Source: the human T2T-CHM13v2.0 reference genome, Homo sapiens
NCBI RefSeq assembly: GCF_009914755.1
Contig: NC_060929.1
DNA: 64,000 bases
Strand: one strand, 5' to 3'
Below, in pieces: positions 50,701-62,000 of this stretch (positions are counted from its first letter, which is position 1; every line of letters starts with the position of its first letter). The translations under genes and the position numbers were made by a program. The notes below the pieces were generated by a model. That model had not been told where the DNA came from, made no database searches, and saw only the letters and a program-made list of their open reading frames with translations.

Positions 50701-53700
50701 ATTCTCAGAAACTGCTCTGCGATGTGTGCGTTCAACTCTCAGAGTTTAACTTTTCTTTTCATTCAGCAGTTTGGAAACACTCTGTTTGTAAAGTCTGCAC
50801 GTGGATATTTTGACCACTTAGAGGCCTTCGTTGGAAACGGGTTTTTTTCCTGTAAGGCTAGACAGAAGAATTCCCAGTAACTTCCTTGTGTTGTGTACAT
50901 TCAACTCACAGAGTTGAACGTTCCCTTAGACAGAGCAGATTTGAAACACTCTTTTTGTGCAATTGGCAAGTGGAGATTTCAAGCGCTTTGAGGTCAATGG
51001 CAGAAAAGGAAATATCTTCGTTTCAAAACTAGACAGAATCATTCCCACAAACTGCGTTGTGATGTGTTCGTTCAACTCACAGAGTTTAACCTTTCTTTTC
51101 ATAGAGCAGTTAGGAAACAGTCTGTTTGAAAATTCTGTAAGTGGATATTCTGACATCTTGTGGCCTTCGTTGGAAACGGGATTTCTTCATATTCTGCTAG
51201 ACAGAAGAATTCTCAGAATCTTCCTTGTGTTGTGTGTATTCAACTCACAGAGTTGAACGATGGTTTACACAGAGCAGATTTGAAACACTCATTTGGTGGA
51301 ATTTGCAAGTGGAGATTTCAGCCGCTTTGAGGTCAATGGTAGAAAAGGAAATATCTTCGTATAACAACTAGACAGAATGATTCTCAGAAACTTCTTTGTG
51401 ATGTGTGTGTTCAACTCACAGAGTTTAACCTTTCTTTTCATAGAGCAGTTAGGAAACACTGTGTTTTTAAACTCTGCAAGTGGATATTCAGACCTCTTTG
51501 AGGCCTTCGTTGGAAACGGGATTTCTTCATACTGTGCTAGACAGAAGAATTCTCAGTAACTTCCTTGTGTTGTGTGTATTCAACTCACAGAGTTGAACGA
51601 TCCTTTACACAGAGCAGACTTGAAACACTCTTTTTGTGGAATTTGCAAGTGGAGATTTCAGCCGCGTTGAGGTCAATGGTAGAAAAGGAAATATCTTCGT
51701 ATAAAAACTAGACAGAATGATTCTCAGAAACTCCTTTGTGATGTGTGTGTTCAACTCACAGAGTTTAACATTTCTTTTCATAGAGCAGTTAGGAAACACT
51801 CTGTTTGTAAAGTCTGCAAGTGGATATTCAGACCTCTTTGAGGCCTTCGTTGGAAACGGGTTTTTTTCATATAAGGCTAGACAGAAGAATTCCCAGTAAC
51901 TTCCTTGTGTTGTGTGTGTTCAACTCACAGAGTTGAACTTTCATTTACACAGAGCAGATTTGAAACACTCTTTTTGTGGAATTTGCAAATGGAGATTTCA
52001 AGCGCTTTGAGGCCAAAGGCAGAAAAGGAAATATCTTCGTATAAAAACTAGACAGAATCATTCTCAGAAACTGCTCTGCGATGTGTGCGTTCAACTCTCA
52101 GAGTTTAACTTTTCTTTTCATTCAGCAGTTTGGAAACACTCTGTTTGTAACGTCTGCACGTGAATAATTTGACCACTTAGAGGCCTTCGTTGGAAACGGG
52201 TTTTTTTCATGTAAGGCTAGACAGAAGAATTCTCAGTAACTTCCTTGTGTTGTGTGTATTCAACTCACAGAGTTGAACGATCCTTTACACAGAGCAGACT
52301 TGTAACACTCTTTTTGTGGAATTTGCAAGTGGAGATTTCAGCCGCTTTGAAGTCAAAGGTAGAAAAGGGAATATCTTCCTATAAAAACTAGACAGAATGA
52401 TTCTCAGAAACTCCTTTGTGATGTGTGCGTTCAACTCACAGAGTTTAACCTTTCTTTTCATAGAGCAGTTAGGAAACACTCTGTTTCTAAAGTCTGCAAG
52501 TGGATATTCAGACCTCTTTGAGGCCTTCGTTGGAAACGGGTTTTTTTCATATAAGGCTAGAGAGAAGAATTCCCAGTAACTTCCTTGTGTTGTGTGTGTT
52601 CAACTCACAGAGTTGAACTTTCATTTACACAGAGCAGATTTGAAACACTCTTTTTGTGGAATTTGCAAGTGGAGATTTCAAGCGCTGTGAGGCCAAAGGC
52701 AGAAAAGGAAATATCTTCGTATAAAAACTAGACAGAATCATTCTCAGAAACTGCTCTGCGATGTGTGCGTTCAACTCTCAGAGTTTAACTTTTCTTTTCA
52801 TTCAGCAGTTTGGAAACACTCTGTTTGTAAAGTCTGCACGTGGATAATTTGACCACTTAGAGGCCTTCGTTGGAAACGGGTTTTTTTCATGTAAGGCTAG
52901 ACAGAAGAATTCTCAGTAACTTCCTTGTGTTGTGTGTATTCAACTCACAGAGTTGAACGATCCTTTACACAGAGCAGACTTGTAACACTCTTTTTGTGGA
53001 ATTTGCAAGTGGAGATTTCAGCCGCTTTGAAGTCAAAGGTAGAAAAGGAAATATCTTCCTATAAAAACTAGACAGATAGATTCTCAGAAACTCCTTTGTG
53101 ATGTGTGCGTTCAACTCACAGAGTTTAACCTTTCTTTTCATAGAGCAGTTAGGAAACACTCTGTTTGTAAAGTCTGCAAGTGGATATTCAGACCTCTTTG
53201 AGGCCTTCGTTGGAAACGGGTTTTTTTCATATAAGGCTAGACAGAAGAATTCCCAGTAACTTCCTTGTGTTGTGTGTGTTCAACTCACAGAGTTGAACTT
53301 TCATTTACACAGAGCAGATTTGAAACACTCTTTTTGTGGAATTTGCAAGTGGAGATTTCAAGCGCTTTGAGGCCAAAGGCAGAAAAGGAAATATCTTCGT
53401 ATAAAAACTAGACAGAATCATTCTCAGAGACTGCTCTGTGATGTGTGCGTTCAACTCTCAGAGTTTAACTTTTCTTTTCATTCAGCAGTTTGGAAACACT
53501 CTGTTTGTAAAGTCTGCACGTGGATAATTTGACCACTTAGAGGCCTTCGTTGGAAACGGGTTTTTTTCATGTAAGGCTAGACAGAAGAGTTCTCAGTAAC
53601 TTCCTTGTGTTGTGTGTATTCAACTCACACAGTTGAACGATCCTTTACAGAGAGCAGACTTGTAACACTCTTTTTGTGGAATTTGCAAGTGGAGATTTCA

Positions 53701-54945
53701 GCCGCTTTGAAGTCAAAGTAGAAAAGGAAATATCTTCCTATAAAAACTAGACAGAATGATTCTCAGAAACTCCTTTGTGATGTGTGCGTTCAACTCACAG
53801 AGTTTAACCTTTCTTTTCATAGAGCAGTTAGGAAACACTCTGTTTGTAAAGTCTGCAAGTGGATATTCAGACCTCTTTGAGGCCTTCGTTGGAAACGTGT
53901 TTTTTTCATATAAGGCTAGACAGAAGAATTCCCAGTAACTTCCTTGTGTTGTGTGTGTTCAACTCACAGAGTTGAACTTTCATTTACACAGAGCAGATTT
54001 GAAACACTCTTTTTGTGGAATTTGCAGGTGGAGATTTCAAGCGCTTTGAGGCCAAAGGCAGAAAAGGAAATATCTTCGTATAAAAACTAGACAGAATCAT
54101 TCTCAGAAACTGCTCTGCGATGTGTGCGTTCAACTCTCAGAGTTTAACTTTTCTTTTCATTCAGCAGTTTGGAAACACTCTGTTTGTAAAGTCTGCACGT
54201 GGATAATTTGACCACTTAGAGGCCTTCGTTGGAAACGGGTTTTTTTCATGTAAGGCTAGACAGAAGAATTCTCAGTAACTTCCTTGTGTTGTGTGTATTC
54301 AACTCACAGAGTTGAACGATCCTTTACACAGAGCAGACTTGTAACACTCTTTTTGTGGAATTTGCAAGTGGAGATTTCAGCCGCTTTGAAGTCAAAGGTA
54401 GAAAAGGAAATATCTTCCTATAAAAACTAGACAGAATGATTCTCAGAAACTCCTTTGTGATGTGTGCGTTCAACTCACAGAGTTTAACCTTTCTTTTCAT
54501 AGAGCAGTTAGGAAACACTCTGCTTGTAAAGTCTGCAAGTGGATATTCAGCCCTCTTTGAGGCCTTCGTTGGAAACGGGTTTTTTTCATATAAGGCTAGA
54601 CAGAAGAATTCCCAGTAACTTCCTTGTGTTGTGTGTGTTCAACTCACAGAGTTGAACTTTCATTTACACAGAGCAGATTTGAAACACTCTTTTTGTGGAA
54701 TTTGCAAGTGGAGATTTCAAGCGCTTTGAGGCCAAAGGCAGAAAAGGAAATATCTTCGTATAAAAACTAGACAGAATCATTCTCAGAAACTGCTCTGCGA
54801 TGTGTGCGTTCAACTCTCAGAGTTTAACTTTTCTTTTCATTCAGCAGTTTGGAAACACTCTGTTTGTAAAGTCTGCACGTGGATATTTTGACCACTTAGA
54901 GGCCTTCGTTGGAAACGGGTTTTTTTCCTGTAAGGCTAGACAGAA

Positions 54946-57900
54946 GAATTCCCAGTAACTTCCTTGTGTTGTGTACATTCAACTCACAGAGTTGAACGTT
55001 CCCTTAGACAGAGCAGATTTGAAACACTCTTTTTGTGCAATTGGCAAGTGGAGATTTCAAGCGCTTTGAGGTCAATGGCAGAAAAGGAAATATCTTCGTT
55101 TCAAAACTAGACAGAATCATTCCCACAAACTGCGTTGTGATGTGTTCGTTCAACTCACAGAGTTTAACCTTTCTTTTCATAGAGCAGTTAGGAAACAGTC
55201 TGTTTGAAAATTCTGTAAGTGGATATTCTGACATCTTGTGGCCTTCGTTGGAAACGGGATTTCTTCATATTCTGCTAGACAGAAGAATTCTCAGAATCTT
55301 CCTTGTGTTGTGTGTATTCAACTCACAGAGTTGAACGATGGTTTACACAGAGCAGATTTGAAACACTCATTTGGTGGAATTTGCAAGTGGAGATTTCAGC
55401 CGCTTTGAGGTCAATGGTAGAAAAGGAAATATCTTCGTATAACAACTAGACAGAATGATTCTCAGAAACTTCTTTGTGATGTGTGTGTTCAACTCACAGA
55501 GTTTAACCTTTCTTTTCATAGAGCAGTTAGGAAACACTGTGTTTTTAAACTCTGCAAGTGGATATTCAGACCTCTTTGAGGCCTTCGTTGGAAACGGGAT
55601 TTCTTCATACTGTGCTAGACAGAAGAATTCTCAGTAACTTCCTTGTGTTGTGTGTATTCAACTCACAGAGTTGAACGATCCTTTACACAGAGCAGACTTG
55701 AAACACTCTTTTTGTGGAATTTGCAAGTGGAGATTTCAGCCGCGTTGAGGTCAATGGTAGAAAAGGAAATATCTTCGTATAAAAACTAGACAGAATGATT
55801 CTCAGAAACTCCTTTGTGATGTGTGTGTTCAACTCACAGAGTTTAACATTTCTTTTCATAGAGCAGTTAGGAAACACTCTGTTTGTAAAGTCTGCAAGTG
55901 GATATTCAGACCTCTTTGAGGCCTTCGTTGGAAACGGGTTTTTTTCATATAAGGCTAGACAGAAGAATTCCCAGTAACTTCCTTGTGTTGTGTGTGTTCA
56001 ACTCACAGAGTTGAACTTTCATTTACACAGAGCAGATTTGAAACACTCTTTTTGTGGAATTTGCAAATGGAGATTTCAAGCGCTTTGAGGCCAAAGGCAG
56101 AAAAGGAAATATCTTCGTATAAAAACTAGACAGAATCATTCTCAGAAACTGCTCTGCGATGTGTGCGTTCAACTCTCAGAGTTTAACTTTTCTTTTCGTT
56201 CAGCAGTTTGGAAACACTCTGTTTGTAACGTCTGCACGTGAATAATTTGACCACTTAGAGGCCTTCGTTGGAAACGGGTTTTTTTCATGTAAGGCTAGAC
56301 AGAAGAATTCTCAGTAACTTCCTTGTGTTGTGTGTATTCAACTCACAGAGTTGAACGATCCTTTACACAGAGCAGACTTGTAACACTCTTTTTGTGGAAT
56401 TTGCAAGTGGAGATTTCAGCCGCTTTGAAGTCAAAGGTAGAAAAGGAAATATCTTCCTATAAAAACTAGACAGAATGATTCTCAGAAACTCCTTTGTGAT
56501 GTGTGCGTTCAACTCACAGAGTTTAACCTTTCTTTTCATAGAGCAGTTAGGAAACACTCTGCTTGTAAAGTCTGCAAGTGGATATTCAGCCCTCTTTGAG
56601 GCCTTCGTTGGAAACGGGTTTTTTTCATATAAGGCTAGACAGAAGAATTCCCAGTAACTTCCTTGTGTTGTGTGTGTTCAACTCACAGAGTTGAACTTTC
56701 ATTTACACAGAGCAGATTTGAAACACTCTTTTTGTGGAATTTGCAAGTGGAGATTTCAAGCGCTTTGAGGCCAAAGGCAGAAAAGGAAATATCTTCGTAT
56801 AAAAACTAGACAGAATCATTCTCAGAAGCTGCTCTGCGATGTGTGCGTTCAACTCTCAGAGTTTAACTTTTCTTTTCATTCAGCAGTTTGGAAACACTCT
56901 GTTTGTAAAGTCTGCACTTGGATATTTTGACCACTTAGAGGCCTTCGTTGGAAACGGGTTTTTTTCCTGTAAGGCTAGACAGAAGAATTCCCAGTAACTT
57001 CCTTGTGTTGTGTACATTCAACTCACAGAGTTGAACGTTCCCTTAGACAGAGCAGATTTGAAACACTCTTTTTGTGCAATTGGCAAGTGGAGATTTCAAG
57101 CGCTTTGAGGTCAATGGCAGAAAAGGAAATATCTTCGTTTCAAAACTAGACAGAATCATTCCCACAAACTGCGTTGTGATGTGTTCGTTCAACTCACAGA
57201 GTTTAACCTTTCTTTTCATAGAGCAGTTAGGAAACAGTCTGTTTGAAAATTCTGTAAGTGGATATTCTGACATCTTGTGGCCTTCGTTGGAAACGGGATT
57301 TCTTCATATTCTGCTAGACAGAAGAATTCTCAGAATCTTCCTTGTGTTGTGTGTATTCAACTCACAGAGTTGAACGATGGTTTACACAGAGCAGATTTGA
57401 AACACTCATTTGGTGGAATTTGCAAGTGGAGATTTCAGCCGCTTTGAGGTCAATGGTAGAAAAGGAAATATCTTCGTATAACAACTAGACAGAATGATTC
57501 TCAGAAACTTCTTTGTGATGTGTGTGTTCAACTCACAGAGTTTAACCTTTCTTTTCATAGAGCAGTTAGGAAACACTGTGTTTTTAATCTCTGCAAGTGG
57601 ATATTCAGACCTCTTTGAGGCCTTCGTTGGAAACGGGTTTCTTCATACTGTGCTAGACAGAAGAATTCTCAGTAACTTCCTTGTGTTGTGTGTATTCAAC
57701 TCACAGAGTTGAACGATCCTTTACACAGAGCAGACTTGAAACACTCTTTTTGTGGAATTTGCAAGTGGAGATTTCAGCCGCGTTGAGGTCAATGGTAGAA
57801 AAGGAAATATCTTCGTATAAAAACTAGACAGAATGATTCTCAGAAACTCCTTTGTGATGTGTGTGTTCAACTCACAGAGTTTAACATTTCTTTTCATAGA

Positions 57901-59022
57901 GCAGTTAGGAAACACTCTGTTTGTAAAGTCTGCAAGTGGATATTCAGACCTCTTTGAGGCCTTCGTTGGAAACGGGTTTTTTTCATATAAGGCTAGACAG
58001 AAGAATTCCCAGTAACTTCCTTGTGTTGTGTGTGTTCAACTCACAGAGTTGAACTTTCATTTACACAGAGCAGATTTGAAACACTCTTTTTGTGGAATTT
58101 GCAAGTGGAGATTTCAAGCGCTGTGAGGCCAAAGGCAGAAAAGGAAATATCTTCGTATAAAAACTAGACAGAATCATTCTCAGAAACTGCTCTGCGATGT
58201 GTGCGTTCAACTCTCAGAGTTTAACTTTTCTTTTCATTCAGCAGTTTGGAAACACTCTGTTTGTAAAGTCTGCACGTGGATAATTTGACCACTTAGAGGC
58301 CTTCGTTGGAAACGGGTTTTTTTCATGTAAGGCTAGACAGAAGAATTCTCAGTAACTTCCTTGTGTTGTGTGTATTCAACTCACAGAGTTGAACGATCCT
58401 TTACACAGAGCAGACTTGGAACACTCTTTTTGTGGAATTTGCAAGTGGAGATTTCAGCCGCTTTGAAGTCAAATGTAGAAAAGGAAATATCTTCCTATAA
58501 AAACTAGACAGAATGATTCTCAGAAACTCCTTTGTGATGTGTGCGTTCAACTCACAGAGTTTAACCTTTCTTTTCATAGAGCAGTTAGGAAACACTCTGC
58601 TTGTAAAGTCTGCAAGTGGATATTCAGCCCTCTTTGAGGCCTTCGTTGGAAACGGGTTTTTTTCATATAAGGCTAGACAGAAGAATTCCCAGTAACTTCC
58701 TTGTGTTGTGTGTGTTCAACTCACAGAGTTGAACTTTCATTTACACAGAGCAGATTTGAAACACTCTTTTTGTGGAATTTGCAAGTGGAGATTTCAAGCG
58801 CTTTGAGGCCAAAGGCAGAAAAGGAAATATCTTCGTATAAAAACTAGACAGAATCATTCTCAGAAACTGCTCTGCGATGTGTGCGTTCAACTCTCAGAGT
58901 TTAACTTTTCTTTTCATTCAGCAGTTTGGAAACACTCTGTTTGTAAAGTCTGCACGTGGATATTTTGACCACTTAGAGGCCTTCGTTGGAAACGGGTTTT
59001 TTTCCTGTAAGGCTAGACAGAA
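54946..59022 (+). repeat. Two consecutive short 12-monomer units (C-D-E-B-A-B, 2039 and 2038 bp)
   Basis: C dimers start at EcoRI sites 54946, 56985 and 59023, the shortest C-to-C spacing in the window. Confidence 0.85.
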
Positions 59023-62000
59023 GAATTCCCAGTAACTTCCTTGTGTTGTGTACATTCAACTCACAGAGTTGAACGTTCCCTTAGACAGAGCAGATTTGAA
59101 ACACCCTTTTTGTGCAATTGGCAAGTGGAGATTTCAAGCGCTTTAAGGTCAATGGCAGAAAAGGAAATATCTTCGTTTCAAAACTAGACAGAATCATTCC
59201 CACAAACTGCGTTGTGATGTGTTCGTTCATCTCACAGAGTTTAACCTTTCTTTTCATAGAGCAGTTAGGAAACACTCTGTTTGTAAATTCTGTAAGTGGA
59301 TATTCTGACATCTTGTGGCCTTCGTTGGAAACGGGATTTCTTCATATTCTGCTAGACAGAAGAATTCTCAGAATCTTCCTTGTGTTGTGTGTATTCAACT
59401 CACAGAGTTGAACGATGGTTTACACAGAGCAGATTTGAAACACTCTTTTTGTGGAATTTGCAAGTGGAGATTTCAGCCGCTTTGAAGTCAATGGTAGAAA
59501 AGGAAATATCTTCGTATAAAAACTAGACAGAATGATTCTCAGAAACTTCTTTGTGATGTGTGCGTTCAACTCACAGAGTTTAACCTTTCTTTTCATAGAG
59601 CAGTTAGGAAACACTCTGTTTGTAAACTCTGCAAGTGGATATTCAGACCTCTTTGAGGCCTTCGTTGGAAACGGGATTTCTTCATACTGTGCTAGACAGA
59701 AGAATTCTCAGTAACTTCCTTGTGTTGTGTGTATTCAACTCACAGAGTTGAACGATCCTTTACACAGAGCAGACTTGAAACACTCTTTTTGTGGAATTTG
59801 CAAGTGGAGATTTCAGCCGCGTTGAGGTCAATGGTAGAAAAGGAATTATCTTCGTATAAAAACTAGACAGAATGATTCTCAGAAACTCCTTTGAGATGTG
59901 TGTGTTCAACTCACAGAGTTTAACCTTTCTTTTCATAGAGCAGTTAGGAATCACTCTGTTTGTAAAGTCTGCAAGTGGATATTCAGACCTCTTTGAGGCC
60001 TTCGTTGGAAACGGGTTTTTTTCATATAAGGCTAGAGAGAAGAATTCCCAGTAACTTCCTTGTGTTGTGTGTGTTCAACTCACAGAGTTGAACTTTCATT
60101 TACACAGAGCAGATTTGAAACACTCTTTTTGTGGAATTTGCAAGTGGAGATTTCAAGCGCTGTGAGGCCAAAGGCAGAAAAGGAAATATCTTCGTATAAA
60201 AACTAGACAGAATCATTCTCAGAAACTGCTCTGCGATGTGTGCGTTCAACTCTCAGAGTTTAACTTTTCTTTTCATTCAGCAGTTTGGAAACACTCTGTT
60301 TGTAAAGTCTGCACGTGGATAATTTGACCACTTAGAGGCCTTCGTTGGAAACGGGTTTTTTTCATGTAAGGCTAGACAGAAGAATTCTCAGTAACTTCCT
60401 TGTGTTGTGTGTATTCAACTCACACAGTTGAACGATCCTTTACACAGAGCAGACTTGTAACACTCTTTTTGTGGAATTTGCAAGTGGAGATTTCAGCCGC
60501 TTTGAAGTCAAATGTAGAAAAGGAAATATCTTCCTATAAAAACTAGACAGAATGATTCTCAGAAACTCCTTTTTGATGTGTGCGTTCAACTCACAGAGTT
60601 TAACCTTTCTTTTCATAGAGCAGTTAGGAAACACTCTGTTTGTAAAGTCTGCAAGTGGATATTCAGACCTCTTTGAGGCCTTCGTTGGAAACGGGTTTTT
60701 TTCATATAAGGCTAGACAGAAGAATTCCCAGTAACTTCCTTGTGTTGTGTGTGTTCAACTCACAGAGTTGAACTTTCATTTACACAGAGCAGATTTGAAA
60801 CACTCTTTTTGTGGAATTTGCAAGTGGAGATTTCAAGCGCTTTGGGGCCAATGGCAGAAAAGGAAATATCTTCGTATAAAAACTAGACAGAATCATTCTC
60901 AGAAACTGCTCTGTGATGTGTGCGTTCAACTCTCAGAGTTTAACTTTTCTTTTCATTCAGCAGTTTGGAAACACTCTGTTTGTAAAGTCTGCACGTGGAT
61001 AATTTGACCACTTAGAGGCCTTCGTTGGAAACGGGTTTTTTTCATGTAAGGCTAGACAGAAGAGTTCTCAGTAACTTCCTTGTGTTGTGAGTATTCAACT
61101 CACACAGTTGAACGGTCCTTTACACAGAGCAGACTTGTAACACTCTTTTTGTGGAATTTGCAAGTGGAGATTTCAGCCGCTTTGAAGTCAAAGTAGAAAA
61201 GGAAATATCTTCCTATAAAAACTAGACAGAATGATTCTCAGAAACTCCTTTGTGATGTGTGCGTTCAACTCACAGAGTTTAACCTTTCTTTTCATAGAGC
61301 AGTTAGGAAACACTCTGTTTGTAAAGTCTGCAAGTGGATATTCAGACCTCTTTGAGGCCTTCGTTGGAAACGGGTTTTTTTCATATAAGGCTAGACAGAA
61401 GAATTCCCAGTAACTTCCTTGTGTTGTGTGTGTTCAACTCACAGAGTTGAACTTTCATTTACACAGAGCAGATTTGAAACACTCTTTTTGTGGAATTTGC
61501 AGGTGGAGATTTCAAGCGCTTTGAGGCCAAAGGCAGAAAAGGAAATATCTTCGTATAAAAACTAGACAGAATCATTCTCAGAAACTGCTCTGCGATGTGT
61601 GCGTTCAACTCTCAGAGTTTAACTTTTCTTTTCATTCAGCAGTTTGGAAACACTCTGTTTGTAAAGTCTGCACGTGGATAATTTGACCACTTAGAGGCCT
61701 TCGTTGGAAACGGGTTTTTTTCATGTAAGGCTAGACAGAAGAATTCTCAGTAACTTCCTTGTGTTGTGTGTATTCAACTCACAGAGTTGAACGATCCTTT
61801 ACACAGAGCAGACTTGTAACACTCTTTTTGTGGAATTTGCAAGTGGAGATTTCAGCCGCTTTGAAGTCAAAGGTAGAAAAGGAAATATCTTCCTATAAAA
61901 ACTAGACAGAATGATTCTCAGAAACTCCTTTGTGATGTGTGCGTTCAACTCACAGAGTTTAACCTTTCTTTTCATAGAGCAGTTAGGAAACACTCTGCTT

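Noticed and set aside
60747-61007. Unique 86-aa ORF
   Set aside because: It arises from a point change (TTTGAGG to TTTGGGG) removing a stop in an ordinary B dimer and starts at a non-ATG codon; no evidence of coding function.
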